Shown here: positions 13,911 through 28,322 of the stretch, piece by piece
How positions within the stretch are numbered: position 1 is the first letter of the stretch
Layout of the letters: each line of letters opens with the position of its first letter
DNA from: Mobula hypostoma
Lineage: Eukaryota
Length of the DNA stretch: 64,000 nt
Direction: 5' to 3'
Assembly: GCF_963921235.1 (NCBI RefSeq)
Contig: NC_086097.1
Span: forward strand, 110,796,001 to 110,860,000
The notes under the pieces: model-generated
The model's database searches: none
Seen by the model: only the letters and a program-made list of their open reading frames with translations
Told to the model about the DNA's origin: nothing
Translations under genes and position numbers: made by a program

Positions 13911-14889
13911 ACAAATACACAAGTCTCCACATCTTGGCACGGCAAGCAACTGAGAGGGAGCCATAATCCAGCGGAAATGAAAAGGAAATAGAATACTTTA
14001 CAAGGAAAAGTTTGGAGGAATTCCTGGGCGAATGAAATTTATTGATGGCACAGGTATAAAGGGCCAAATGGCCTTCCGTCGAGCGAAATTCAGTAATCAC
14101 TTGTGTCTGGAACTTTGTGACTCCCTTCTATCTTCCCAGGAATCAAAAGGAGACATTTCAGATTCATTACATCAACTTTCTACACCCTTTTATTGCTCAG
14201 TGGTTTCTCTGGCTTCCTGTTTATGAACATCTGGGCCGACAGTGTCATGGTATCAATGGAACTCACAAAAAAGGGAACACCTCCCAGCCCTATAACCTCA
14301 GTTCTCCCACAAAGTAGTTGTCAGCTTCTTGTTTTCAGGAAAAGATCTTCAGCAAGGAGAAAAGGGGAAAAGTTGGGGCACCAAAATACCTCTCCTCCTT
14401 TCCGAGGCTCTGCATGGGGAAGGCAGGAATGCACCATGTTAATGTGACTGTCCCCAGCTTACCACTTCAGGCAAACTAAATTCTTCAAGAGTAAATCAGG
14501 ACTTTTATGGACTTCAGCAAAAATCCTTAAAACACCTTAGGGCTGTTTTAACATGTCACAGAATTTATTTCAAAGTAATATTCCACATTTACTTTGTCCG
14601 TACAATTTAATCATTTTTCTACTTCTTATGGAAGCAGTTCCCAGTCATATGCTTTCTCAGGCCAAATAAACAAGTACCCTCACAATACAGGTTATCAATA
14701 ATGCTTATCCACCTCTTGACTCTCTTTCCAAACTGCCTTCGGCACTGGAAGCAATTCCAGCTCACACTCAGAAAGCTGCAGCTAATGCTCTTGGTGTTTG
14801 ATCATCTGCCTTTCATTTCATTGGGGTCTGCTATTTGCAACCCGATCAGTCATCAGACATCAGATCATTCAACATAGCTCCATATCTGC

Positions 14890-15605
14890 TGCTCTCCCTT
14901 CTGCAATGCTTACGAAGTGCTCCTTCAAACACCATTTGGAAAATTGGATCGCTCCTTCATCTTGTTACTGTCAGAGTACAGGCAGAAACTGAAATGAGAG
15001 GCGGCCAGAGTTAAAACCGTCCACTGCTGGTCCGACCAATCGGCCTCCGTGCTACAGGACTACTTTGACTACGTCAACTGGAATGCCTTCCGTGATGAGG
15101 ATGTCTCCAAGTTCACAGAAGGGGTCACAAGTTTCATCCTGAAGTGCATCGAAGATGTTGTCCCCCAGAAATCGGTCAGGGTCTACCCAAACCAGAAACC
15201 TTAGATCAACAGTTTCGTGCGAGCAGTACTTACCGCGCGACACAGAGCTTACGCTGCTGGTAATGAGCAGGAACTCAAGAAATACAGCTACGATCAGTGC
15301 AAAGTCATCAAGGCAACGGAACAATACAGGAACAAGATTCAAACTCAACTCTCCACCAACAACACACACAGCTTATGGCAAGGTCTGCACACCATCGCAG
15401 ACTTCAAAACTAAATGCAGTGGAGTTTCCAACATCACTGCCTCTCTCCCAGACGAGCTAAATCTCTTTTATGCTCGATTTGATGTTGCCAACACTGAGCT
15501 CCTGAGGAGAGCTATAGTTGATGCGACCCACAGCTTGGTCATCTCTGAGGCTGAAGTACGCAGGCGTTTCCAACGAGTGGACAGTCACAAGGCTGCAGGA
15601 CCGCT
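14890..15605 (+). mobile_element. Rex1/Babar LINE internal fragment
   Basis: YRQKLK, WSDQS, YPNQKP, SLWQGL and LPDELNLFYARF. Confidence 0.8.
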
Positions 15606-16430
15606 CCTAAGGAGGAGCTTAGGAGACAATAGTGCCTGAGGGCGACTCCTCTGCTTGCATCTTCGAAAACAGCTCTATTTCTATCTTTAATATCTCTATT
15701 TTTCCCTTTCAGGGTTCTTCTGAACACCCTGACCTGGAGATGCACACTGACTTCGGTTCTTTGTGGGAATGGGACCCACTCGTGGGGTCTCACAACTGGC
15801 TGTGATTCAATATGCCAAGCACGCGGCCTAGAAGATTAGCTCACCTTCAAAGTTTCGAGATTTCGTGGCTCTGGTGGCCGGTGCCTTTGCAGGAAATCGG
15901 TGTGTCGTGGGAGTACACGGAAGATCAAAAGCAGCAAGCTGACTGCCAGCTGTGTGCCCAGAGACCCAAGTTCTTTTTCCGAGTTCTAGGCCCAAAGCGA
16001 CACAACTGACTTTTAACATTGTAAATCAGTGAGTTGTTTTACTCTGTTTCCTCTCTTGCTGTGAAATGGAGACATCTCTTTTTCCCTTATTAGGTAGAGA
16101 GAGCCATTGAACTATGTCGAATTACCGGGTGAGCGAGTAGTCTTTGGGGTACTGCAAGTCTGTGTCTTTATTGATGCTTTGCTGCACACTTGAGTGCTCG
16201 GTGGGGGGCGCCGATGCTTTTATTTGCTGGTGGGGGAGGGAGGATGGTCACTTTGCCGCTGCTTACGTGTGGGAGGGGTAGTTGGTGGGGGTGCTTTGGG
16301 GTTCTAACATTTAACTCTCATTCATTCTTTGGGCCCTCCTCTGTTTTCATGGACAGTTGCGAAGAAAAAGCATTTCAGGATGTATATTATATACATTTCT
16401 CTGACATTAAATGTACCTTTGAAACCTTTG
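15605..16430 (+). mobile_element. Probable non-autonomous retroposon with a Rex-type 3' tail; related tails at 3315-3655 and 22090-22580
   Basis: Non-coding; ends GACATTAAATGTACCTTTGAAACCTTTGA, like the (ACTTTGA)n tails elsewhere in the window. Confidence 0.5.
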
Positions 16431-16689
16431 AGATACAGTATGGAACAAGACATTCCAGCCCTGAGAGCCATGCCACCCAGTAATCCCTTGATTTAAACCT
16501 AGCTCAATTGTGGGACAATTAAACTACCAACTGGACTGTGGGAGGAAACTGGAGCAGCAGGAGGAGACCCACACAGTCACAGGGAGAACATGCAAACTCC
16601 ACGCAGGCAGTAGTGGGAATTGAACCTGGGTCGCCTGTATGTACTGTGTGTAAAATGTTGTGCTAATCACCACTCTACCGTATCGCCAC

Positions 16690-17490
16690 AGTGAGTTTGT
16701 GAAATGGATTCAGAATTGATTCAATGGTAGGAAGCAGAGGGTGATGATTGACTGGAGGCCTGTGACTAGTGGGATGCCTCAGGGGATGGTGTTAGGACCT
16801 CTGTTATTCACTATTTATGTAAATAATATGGTTGTGAGTGCACATAGCAAGATTATGAAGTTTGTTGATGACACTAAATTAGATTGTCTTGTTTATAGTG
16901 AAGCCAGTTACAATGTATTGCAAAAAGACCTTCATCAGCTAAGGAATTGGGTTGAGGACTGCCAAATAGATTTCAACTTAGATATGCATGAAGTGATGCG
17001 TTTGAACATTGAAACCAGGGTATAAGCTATACAGTGAGTGGCAGGGCAGTGACGAGCATTGGGGAAAGAGTACAAGAGCACAGCTCACTGAATGCAGCCA
17101 TGCAAGTCAACACTGTGGTGAAGAAGGTGTTTTGCATGCTGGTGTTCTGTCAGGGCATCAAGTTTAGGAGTAGGAGCACTATGTTTCCGTTGTACAAGTT
17201 GCTTGCGAGACGACACCTGGGAGTGTTGGGCAGAATTATAGTCACCTTATTATAGGAAAGACGTTGTCAAAGTGGAGCGGAGGAGGGGGCGGAGAACAGA
17301 TTTACAAGAATACTGCCTGGACTGCAGGGAAAAATTGACCGCACCGGACCTTTATCCCTTGAAGCACAAGAGAATGAGAGATGACCTCACTGAAGTTTAT
17401 AAAATCAAGAGGGGTATGGATAAAATGGATGGTCATAGCTTCTCCCCCAGGGTTGGGGAGTGCAAAACCAGAGAGCTCAGATACAGGTGT
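16690..17490 (+). mobile_element. CR1 LINE RT fragment
   Basis: SGMPQGMVLGPLLFTIYVN...KFVDDTKL. Confidence 0.85.
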
Positions 17491-18003
17491 TAACAGTCCT
17501 TCAGTTAGGGCATCAAGTTCAGCATGCCTATCACAGCATGTGAAGCCCAGCTCCGGCAGACTAGGTAGATGAGATCTACAATGAGATCCAGCTGCCTGGA
17601 AGGCTTTTTGGAGAACAAAGGGCACGACAAGGCACTGAAGAAGTCAGGGTCATCCACTGCAAACAAGGGAGACCCCAGTTGTGATGACGACTCACACCAC
17701 TGGAGCCTGGACTTCCATGGTCGAGAGAGTAGAACTGCCTCAGTGCACCAGCTCTTACACTATAAAAACCTTCCCACACAGCTTTCCTGTCATTGTTGGA
17801 TATGACAGAGAACCAACACACCCAAGAACCTGCCCAAACTCCTGTTAAACCTTTTCCTGATGGTCACCGAATTATCTGCAGCCTGAACCTCCGGACTGAT
17901 CACCTCACTACAGCACTTAATATAGAATACTCTCAGCATCCTGAATGCATCCAGCTCCAGTCCTTTGATCTTTGGTTACTATTACAGTTTTTTTAAATCT
18001 GTA

Positions 18004-19622
18004 CAGTGACTAGGAAAAGTACTCAGGCCTTACAACTAGTTTCACATTTTACCCTCTTGTTTTCTGAATTTTAAACAAATTGAAGCAGGATTTTTTGAGC
18101 TAAACTACAAAACATTGTGTATCGTGTCAAATCAAAAGAAAAATTCCAAAACCTGTCAACAATTTACTAAAAATTGAAAACCAAAATTGTGAGGCTGAAA
18201 AGGTATAAATCCCCTTTGTAATTACTACAGTAACTTTCCTCGGGCACAATTCTGCATATTACCTTACCAACTCACTCAATTTGTTGGTGTAGAAAATTGG
18301 AGGATCAACTGATTTCAAAGAATTCATAAGAATAAATAACCGCTCTCTCTGTAAGGTGAACCAGTATGGTAGATTTTGAACAGACCAAATCAAAATGAAC
18401 ACAAAAGGGCATTGACAAGTCAGGGAAATGATAACAGAGAAGCACAAATCTGGAGAAGGGTACAAAACCATCTCAAAGGCATTGAACAACTTCGGAGCTT
18501 AGTGCAGTCTATTGTGGAAAGACATGAAACCACAGCCACACTGACTAAGTCAGGCCACCCTTCAAAACTTTGTTCCTGGAGAAGAATGGCACTTGTAAAA
18601 GAGACACTGCTGTGAAGCCAACAATCACTCTGAGTGAGTTGCAGAAGTCAGTGGCTGCAAATGGAAATGAAGTTCATGGCTCCACAGCTTCTAAAGCCTT
18701 GCATAAAAATGGCATTTATGGAAGAGTGACAAGGAAGAAGCCTTGGCTTTAAAAAAAGCATGCCATTGCTCGTAAAAAAAACTTTGCAAAGCAACACTTA
18801 GAAGATACTATACAGATGTGGAAGAAGGTCTTGTGCTCAGATGAGACTAAAGTGGAACTTTTTGGCCTCAAAACAAAACAGCATGTGTGGCATAAATCTA
18901 ATACTGTACATCAGCCAGGTAACACCGTCCCCACTATAAAGGATAGTGGAGGCAGTATCATGTTATGGGGATACTTTTCAGCAGCAGGGACTGGAAACCA
19001 TGACAGGACTGAAAGGAAGATGAATGTTTCTAATTACAGAGAAACTCTGAATAAAAACCTCTATTCTCGGCCAGGAAGTTTAAACTGGGGAGGAAGTTTG
19101 TCTTTCAGCAAGACAATGACTCAAAACACACATCTAGAAGAACCATGGAGCGACTTCAAATGAAGAAAACAGATGTCCTTGAGTAGCCCAGACAGAGCCC
19201 TGGCCCTAATCCAAATGAACTTCTCTTTGGCAAGACCTCCAGATTGCTGTCCACTGCCGCTCCCCAATTAACCTGGCACAGCTTGAGCAATTTTGCAATG
19301 AGGAATGGGAAACACTTGCTCCATCACGTTGTGCAAAGCTAACAGAGACTTATCCAAAAAGACTACTGGCTGTAATAGCTGCGAGAGGTGATTCAACTAA
19401 GTACTGAGCAAAGGGGGATGAATACTTTTCAACAGCTGGCATTTCAGTTTTTGAATTTTTAGTTATTCATGCTTTATAACTTTCCCTGTTTTGGGGCCCC
19501 ACTTTGAAAAAAGGAGTATGTGATTCATAAATAAAAATTGTCAGTTAAATTGATCAAAATCCCTGGTTGAAATAAACAAGGGGTTGGGGGGGTTTGAATA
19601 CTTCTACTGAATACCTTCACTG
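18004..19622 (+). mobile_element. Tc1/mariner DNA transposon, near full length, with a disrupted transposase (~18394-19407)
   Basis: TA|CAGTG...CACTG|TA ends; WKKVLCSDETKVELFG, GGSIMLWG, FQQDND and SP..NP.E remnants with stops and frameshifts. Confidence 0.9.
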
Positions 19623-19678
19623 TATGGAAAGGAAAGGTTTTAGAGGAGTTATAGACCAAACATAGATAAATGGAACTT

Positions 19679-21024
19679 CAGACATCCCACCTCTCCCGGA
19701 AGTTCCGGGAGTCTCCCGCATATCGATAGTGGCTCCCTGACGCCCGGAAATTATCTACAATATCCCGGAAATAGATTTTTTTGAGAGGGAGAGGGAGAGG
19801 GAGAGCAAGCATCCTGATTGGTCTTTCTTCGTGCTAAGCGTGGTCCCCAACCACCGGGCCACGAGCAAACGATATGAGTCAGCTGCACCTTTCCTCATTC
19901 CCTGTCATGCACTGTTGAATTTTAACGCAAGCGAGGTCATCAGTGACCCGAGACGTGCAAAGGAATGGGTCCGTGACCCATTTGTGAATGTCCCAGGTGA
20001 ATCATCCGTGTCAGCGCGGGAAAAAGATCAACTCCTCGAGCTTGCAAATGACAGCGGGCTGAAAAGTATGTTTGACATAACATCTCTGCCGGCATTCTGG
20101 ATCAAAGTCAAGGCTGAATATCCTGAGATAGCCACGGAAGCACTGAAAACATTGCTTCCATTTCCAACATATCTCTGTGAAGTGGAGATTTCTGCAATGA
20201 ATGCAATGAAAACTAAATTGCGGAATAGACTGGACATAAGGAACCCCCTTCGAGTATCGCTGTCTCCCATTACCCCTCGATAGGACCATGTTGTTGCAGG
20301 GAAACAAGCCCAGGGCTCCCACTGATTCAGCGATATTGGTGTGTTGCAATGATTTTATATGTTCATACGAGGAAAATATGCGCTGTGTGTTTAATATCCA
20401 AACGTTACTTAAAATGTTATGATGCGATTGACTTATCACCTATATTCCGGTTGTGATTAACACCCCCGCCCCCGGTCAGCCAGTTCGCAAGAATATTGTC
20501 AATATTAAACCGGTCTGCGGTGCAAAAATGATTGCGGAACTCTGCTAAGTAGACCTATCAGTTTTCTCTGTGGGCGGGCTTTACATTCGACCTCAAAAAT
20601 AATGACAGTGTTGCTCGCTGCACTGTTTGCAACAGTGACTTTTCTATTGCCCATGGTGAGTTAAAATGTGAAAGACATGTTGAGGTGAGTTTAACAGGTG
20701 TCATTCGTTCATTAGCATAGCTAACGTTATTTAAACTAGCTGGCTAGCTGCTAAGAAGCTACTCTATTGATGTCCTACTTGATGAGGCCAAACTCCCTGT
20801 AGACTTGCTTAAAGTTGTGATAGAATAAACATGATAATATAATATAAGTACATATTTTAATGTCACATTTTCTGCATATACCCAACTTGGTTTACAGATT
20901 AGACAAAATCACTAAACAAAGTATTACATACACCCTTGGAGGTCAACGGGGGGGGGGGATATGGGGTTGCCGGGGGCGGGGGTGCTACCTCCCTGAAATG
21001 AGTTTTTGCAGGGTGGGATGTCTG
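19679..21024 (+). mobile_element. Non-autonomous hAT-like element with a 6-bp TSD
   Basis: TIRs CAGACATCCCACC / GGTGGGATGTCTG; GAACTT at 19673-19678 and 21025-21030; BED-finger-like ARCTVCNSDFSIAHG near 20610. Confidence 0.8.
19838..20544 (+). mobile_element. hAT-Charlie/Buster deletion derivative nested in the previous element
   Basis: ORF 19831-20283 carries the hAT C-terminal dimerization motif FWIKVKAEYPEIA..ALKTLLPFPTYLCE. Charlie-like ends GGTCCCCAACC / GCGGTGCAAAAA; TGCTAAG occurs on both sides. Confidence 0.8.
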
Positions 21025-21574
21025 GAACTTGCTCAGTAGAGAAAGTATTCGACATGGATTAAATGTATTCCATTGATGTAACTGTGACTCAAATACCCAA
21101 TTATTTAAAAAAAACAGAAGTCTTCCTCACCATTCTTTAACATCCAGGTAATTGATAGGTTAAGGAAGATGTGAGAAATGGCCTTCCCCATTGCTGCGAT
21201 CTATGCCCACTTGCTCCCAATCTGGCAAATTATCCTGCCGTTGATATTACCATCTATACGCAAACACTCCATGCAAGTATCTCTCCTCTACTACCTTAAT
21301 GGATGACTCAAACGCACAACACAGAAGATTTTTTTTAAAAAGACCACTTAGTGAAAGTCAATAAAAAGAAACATATTCTCAAACCCAGTGTCCTGCCTCA
21401 GACTCCCATAAAGGATCACTGAGAAGTGCAAGCTCAATCTTACTTCTTGCTTTTCCAAAGCCGTTCATTTTGTGCAATTATTGCAATGCTTTACTACAAT
21501 TAATCTGACTGTCAACAATAAAGCAGCTGAGCATTATGGTAGTAACTTAAATAAACTATGAGTCGTAGATCATA

Positions 21575-21715
21575 AACACAAGAGATTCTGCAGATGCTGG
21601 AAATCCAGAGCAACACACACAAAATGCTGGAGGAGCTCAGGAGGTCAGGCAGCATCTATGGAAAAGAATAGACAGATAGTCAACATTTTGGGCTGAAACC
21701 CTTCTTCAGGACTGG
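21575..21715 (-). mobile_element. Solo PLE terminal module; similar copies at ~1705, 6560, 7265, 9660, 37690, 41045 and 60930
   Basis: ACACAAGAGATTCTGCAGATGCTGGAAATCC...GGCAGCATCTATGGA...CCCTTCTTCAGGACT. Confidence 0.75.
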
Positions 21716-24589
21716 GGTACTGCAGGTAACTAGTGAGGAGTAGATACTTGCAATTTACAAAACCTCCAGTCATTGCTTTGTTTTGGAATATTGAACAAAT
21801 CATACCACATTTTGGTTGTGACATGCCATCTGCCATATGGTTTCTATTTGTCCCTCACACACCAATTTTAAGCTGTCAGCAATTCATCTAGAATGATGTT
21901 TGTGTGTGCAGCAACCATTCACTCACGTTATTGATACGCTTCAGGAAGATAGATAAACCAAAGAGAGTCTGAACAGAGATACCGCTGGATGCAATCAGGA
22001 AGTTTCCAATGACAAAATATACCAACTTTTATCACCAGTATAATGGTCTAAACTACAAGCTAAGCTGCTCCCGAAGGAAGGTGCCTCATTTGACCAGTCT
22101 CTTTCTCCCTCTCGCTTAATGCTGCGACAGTCCTGGTCTTGGGCAAGGTTTAATCGACAGAGTTTGTGGATTGGACTCTGCAGTTCATGTTATGTGTTAT
22201 GTGTGTAACTGGTTACTCCTGTTTTTATTGCTACTTTGTGTGATTTTGATCTTGTTGCCATTTTGTGTGATTCTGGACTAACTCTGCGGCCTGCTGTCGA
22301 TGAACAACACAGCACTAGATTGGAATGAACTGAATTAAACTGAACATTCCTCGACTGTTTCAATGAATTACTCTGTGCTTTGATGTTTAATATTCTGTGT
22401 TTTTCACTTATTTTTGCCGTTTGTTTGATTTGTTCTTTTTGTTTGCATTGAGTGTTTGATGTTTTGCTTTGAACAGGTTCCACAGCTTTTCTTTGTTTTT
22501 GTGGCTGTCTGCAGGAAGACGAATCTCAGGGATGGATACTGCATACGTATTTGATAATAAATGTACCTTGAACCTTGAAGTCACGCTACACGGCGAACAA
22601 GCTTGGCCAAATCCACAGCCCAGAGCAGATAATGGATTAGGAACAGTCAAATCTGTTTTACACAAATCCCAAACTGAAAATAATATCAAGAATTCCAGGA
22701 ATCCTGTAGCTTCCACTCATCACTACTGCCCTCCTTCATATCCTCTTCCCTCTCTGAACCAACCATTTCAATTCAACATTCTTCGCTTGAATATTTCATT
22801 TCATTATCTTGCGCCACCTGCACCTTCTCTCCCACGCACCCCTCAAATCTGCAGAATTAGTAGGGAATTAAATATTTCTAAGGCTCAAATTGCTTTACTC
22901 GCTGCATTATCTAGAAGATTAGTCTTGATTTTCTGGATATTCTAAGATGTTTCTAATGCCCCTTCCTCAAATAATGTTGATATTAGTACCATAATCAATT
23001 TGCAAATTCTGTACTCTCCCTTTTCGTTCTACACCACTGTCCCACTCCGCTGCCCCAGGCTTTCTGATAACATTTTCCGGATGCCTGATTATTTTGACCC
23101 ATCAGCTCGATGCGGTTAGCTTCAGGGGCCCCTGGACACAGCTCCACTCCTGCCTATCCAGGACCATATTTTCAGCATACGTTTTCCTGCAGCAGCTGCT
23201 CGATAGCCATCTGTTTCCAGATTAACAAAAACAGCAAGCTAATCAGTTACATGATCATCCACAATCTGATCAAAATACAAATTCAGGAATCCAAGATAAC
23301 TCCCTTGAAATTTCCACAAACAGTCAGGGTGCTGTTAAAATAATAGTGCAAAGTCTTATGATCACATGCTGCACACAAGCTGCTCAAAGAAATGTTTCAT
23401 ATTAGGAAAGGGAAACTTCCACCTCATTTTAATCACAAAACATCATGAAGGCACAATTGGCAAACAGCACTTTCAAGTTACACTTTACCTTGAAAATATT
23501 AAGCTGATCAGACCAATCCCACTTGGATTTGAAGGGGTTTCACTCACAAACCTGACAGTGCATTCATTACTTTGCCTGATCTACACCTCCACCCACTGAC
23601 CCACCCCTCCACACCGCCCCCAGCACCAATACTTTATCAGTTCCTGTCAGCCACCTTATGTACAGACACTCCTGTACCTAGCATCACTTCATGAACTTAC
23701 AATCAATGTACCTCAGCTATCTTAAGTATTTATACTTACTGTGTTTTTTTGTACTATTGCATTCTTTATCTTATTGTGTTTTCTTTTATACTGCATCACA
23801 TCTGGAGTAACAGTTAGTTCATCTTCCTTTACACTTGTGTACCAGGATTGACATTAAACATTATTCGCCATATGCCAGGAAAGCATGAGATCCTTTCTTG
23901 ACATTAAACAATCTTGAATTCTTCACATAGTAGAGATGGCTGTATATACTTCCAGGCAGCACTAGATAAAATCTCTCTCACTCCACTGTTTGAATAAACT
24001 GAAAATCATGGAGCTGAAGGTAAACTATTGACCTGACCCTGGTTGGGGAAAATAGTTGAGCAACTGAAGGCAGAGAACACAGAGAGGTCAGACGTGTACA
24101 TGGCAGGATGTGACTAGCAGGATTCCACAGGCATATGTTGATGGTATTAATTATCCTTTGCAATTCCTTGTGACCTAGTAGATGGATATTATAACCAGAA
24201 TTCCAAGTGTTCCAAAAATATAACAATATGTGGGATTGTAAACAATGTAGATAGAAGTATTAAACTACAAAGGACATGAATAGATTTAATGATTAAGCAA
24301 CTGTATTTTAATCAAGGCAAACACAAGGATGTATACCTTAAAAACATGGAATACATACTCTCCACTATGAAATACTAGAAACAGTGGAGCTGCAGAGACA
24401 TGTACATAAATCAGTAAAATGTTACAGACAGCTGTAGAAATGGCAAACCTTTGGCCCAGATATAGACGCCAGCTGTTCAAAAGGGTAAAGGTTCGGCCAG
24501 CTGATACAAAGCCTAAATTAGTCCACAACGCCATGAGGGCAAATCAAGAAAATCCGCTTTCAGTAGCTGGAGACTATCACCATAAGGCT

Positions 24590-26710
24590 TAGGTCAGTAA
24601 TTAGGCTATTTGGCCAATTGAGTCTGCTCCACCATTCATCATTATCCTTCTCAACCCCATTCTCCTGCCTTATTTTAGTTAGTCAGAGATACAGTGTGGA
24701 ATAGGCCCTTAGAACCACACTTCACAGCAACCCAACAACCCCGATTTAATGCTAATCTACTTACGGGGCAATTTACAATGACCAATTAACTCACCCTGTA
24801 CGTCTTTGGACTGAGGGAGGAAACTCACGTTTCACGGGGAAGACATACAGAGACTCCTAACAGAGGACACCAGGATTGAACTCCAAACTCTGCCACCCCG
24901 AGCTGTAATAGCGTTGTGCTAACCGCTAACCGCTACACTACCATGGCACCCTCTCCCCATAGCCTTTGATGCCCTTACAGATCAAGAACCCAGCAACCTC
25001 TGCTTTAAATATGCCCACTGACATAGGTTCCACCACTGTCTCTGGCATCAATTCCTCAGATTCACCACCCTCTGGCTAAAGTAATTCCTCATCTCCGTTC
25101 TAAAGGGACAATCCTTGCTTTCTGAGGCTCTGGCCTCTGGTGTTAGATTCACCCGCTACGGGAAGATATCCTCTCCGTATCCACTCTATCTAGGCATTTC
25201 AATATGCAATAGGTTTCAATGAGACACTCCCTCATTTTTCTAAACTCTAGCAAGTAAAGGCCCAACGCCATCAAATGCTCCATATATGTTAACCCTTTCA
25301 TTTCCAGGATCATTCTCCTGAACCTCTTCTGCACCCTCTCCAACACCAGCACATCCTTTTGTAAATAAGGGATCCAAAACAGCTCTCAAGGCTCCAAGTC
25401 GATTCTTGCTTTTACATTCTAGTCCTCTTGAAGTGAATGATAACATTGCATTTGCCTTCCTTACTAGCAATCCAAACTGCAAATTAACCTTCAGGGAATC
25501 CTGCATTAGGAGTCCCGAGTCCCTTTGCACCTCTCATTTCTGATTCGCCCCCCCATTTAGAAAATAGAAAAGATTTCCGCTTTACACCTTTGTTCCTTCT
25601 ACCAAAGGGAGGACCATACATTTCCCTTTTCTAAGTAAGACCTTCTGAAAACTCACTACTTCCTCAAGATGACCTGTCCCTCCACCATTTTTGTATCGTC
25701 CACAAACTTGTCCATAAAGCCATCAATTCCATCATCCAAATCATGACAAATAACATGAACAGTGGTCCTAACGACCCCTACGGCACGCAACTGGTCACTG
25801 GCAGCCAAGTAGAAAAGGCCCCTTTCTGCCCATTCTTTGCCTCCTGCCAATCAGCCAATCTTCTACCCATGCTAAAATCTTTCCTGTAATGGGCTCTTAC
25901 CCTGTTTAGCAGTCTCATGTGCAGCACTTTGTCAAACACCTGAACATCCACTGATTCGTTTGTCTATCCTGTCTGTTATTCCTAAAAGAATTTCAACAGA
26001 TTTGTCAGGCAAGATAATCCCTTAAGGAAACCTTGTTGACTTTGGCCGATGTTATCATGTGCCTCCCAGTACCTTGAAATGCCACCCTGAATAATACACT
26101 GCAATATATTCCCAACCACTAAGATCAGGCTGACTCGCCATATAATTGCCAGTGCTTTGCTTTCTTCTCTTCTTAAAAAATGGAGTAACATTTGCAATTT
26201 TCTAGTCTTATGGAACCATATCAGAATCTAGTGATTCTTGATAAATCATTACTAATGCCTCCACAACCTCTTCAGATACCTCTTTCAGAACCCTGTTCCA
26301 GGTGACTTGTCTACCTTCAGACCTTCCAGCTTTCCAAGCATCTTCTCCCTAGTAATAGCAAGTACACCCACTTCTGACCACTGACCCTGTCAAAGTCCTG
26401 GCATAACTGCTGGTGTATGGCATACAGTGAAGACTGAAAAAATACTCGCTGAGTTCATTCTACATCACTTTGTCTCCCATTACTACCTCTCCAGCAGTCC
26501 GATATCCACTCTCACCTCTTATTCTTTATATATCTGAAAAATAGTTTGGCATCCTCTTTTATATTGTTGGCTAGCTTATCTTCATATTTAATCTTTTCTC
26601 TTCTTACTACTTTTTTAGTCGCCTTCTGATGGTTTAAAAAGCTTTCCAGTCCTCTACCTTTCCTCCAATTTTTGCAAAGTTATATATGCCCTCCCTTTTG
26701 CTTTTATCAC
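24590..26710 (-). mobile_element. CR1 LINE degenerate fragment, with a SINE nested at 24675-24950
   Basis: SQQGFLKGLSCLTNL, KFVDDTK, KANAMLSF and LERVQKRF. Confidence 0.85.
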
Positions 26711-26863
26711 TTTGGTACACTTTAGAAAAATTAACTGGCAGCCCCTCATGAATGAAGTTGGGAAACACTTCAGTGCTCAAAAGTCATGAAGTTTAACAGG
26801 CTTTTCCAAAGCAGCAATTGATGCACTGGACCAACTTTCATTTGTAACAATGTAATTATCTAC

Positions 26864-26867
<4 letters not shown>

Positions 26868-26903
<36 letters not shown>
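26868..26903. repeat. (AC)18 microsatellite
   Basis: Read directly from the sequence. Confidence 0.95.
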
Positions 26904-26907
<4 letters not shown>

Positions 26908-28322
26908 TTTCACATAGCAATACACCCTATCCTCATTATATGTGTCTTCAGACAACGTGGATTCACAGTTAAGTGAGGAACCTATTTCTACCAACTTCTC
27001 CTTATATGTGTCCAAAACTCACAGTTATGCGAGGAGCACTGCTTACCCACCAATACAAGTCACGTGCGCACGCCTCACTGTCTCACTCCCACCAGTCTCG
27101 CATTGGTTTTGGCAACGTATGTATGTGCGATCTTGCGCTCTTAAACTTTTATTGTTTTTACCTATGGTGCAGTGATTTTGTGCTTGAAATATTTAACTAT
27201 GCCTCCTAAGCATCCGATGTCAAGTCCTGGGCCATCAGCCAAGCAGCAGAGAACCACTTTAACACTTGAAAAAATGTTGGAAATTATAAACAGGGCAGCG
27301 TCAGGTGAAGGTAACACAGCTCTGGGACGCTACCCTGTGCAGTTGTGGGCTATGATAGCTGAGTTAGGCATCACACCAAAGCAGGTGTTTAATGCAGACG
27401 AAACCAGACTTTTTTGGAAGCGTATGCTGAAATGCATTTACGTAAGTAAGGATGAAAAAACTGCGTCAGGTTTCAAGGCAGCAAAGGATAGATTGACTTT
27501 GTTTATGTGTTCCAATGCCGAAGGAGACTGTAAGATGAAGCATCCCTTAGTTTACCCTTCACTAAACCCCCGTGCTCTTAAGGGTTGAAGTAAGAAGCCT
27601 CTCAATGGAGCGTGGAAATCAATTTGGGCGGAGTGCGTGCACACCCTCGAGGGATTTCCTGCCTTCACTGCAGCTGTCCAGGATTGCATGGACCTGGGCC
27701 ATAAAATTGGTGAGGAAGGATTCTCAGATCTCGAGACTGCTGACGTGGTAGAACTCCTGGATTCTCATGATGACCTTCTGCGTTTAACTCAGACTGAAGG
27801 TGATAACGATGAAGAAGAAAGTGTCGAGTTGCAGGTGGAGGATTTTACAGTGAAGCTACTGGCAGAATTTTTTAAGGCTGTGGAACACTTGGCACAAATG
27901 GTAATGGACACGGACCCAAGTTTAGAAGGGAGTCAGCGTTTCAGTCGTTCCCTGCAGTCAAGCCTTCTTCCCTACAAGCAAATTTATGCTGAAAAACAAA
28001 ATGCCGCCAAGCAAACAACCCTCGCCACTTTCTTCAAACCAGTGTCATCTCCTGCTGCCGGCAGTTCTGAGAGTTCTGTGAGTCTTCCTTCACCCCTTGC
28101 TGTCCTTGATGATCTTGACAACACACAACCATCCACCTCATCCATGTAAAGCTGTCTGACACCACTGCACAACCACTCATCTCCCGGAGCCAACACACCT
28201 GCCACTGTTAGTGAGTACTGTACACCCTAGTATGTTAACTTTCTTTGATTTATTACATTAAATATTACTTTGAATTGATCAAATATAATACGAATATTGC
28301 CTTGTGGTACTGCTTTTGTGTC

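Noticed and set aside
19831..20283. ZBED5/SCAND3-like host gene
   Set aside because: Only the hAT C-terminal domain is present, within transposon ends and nested in another element.
27172..28149. Domesticated TIGD-like gene
   Set aside because: Internal deletions and a stop split the transposase; intact TIRs and TA TSD show it is a transposon relic.
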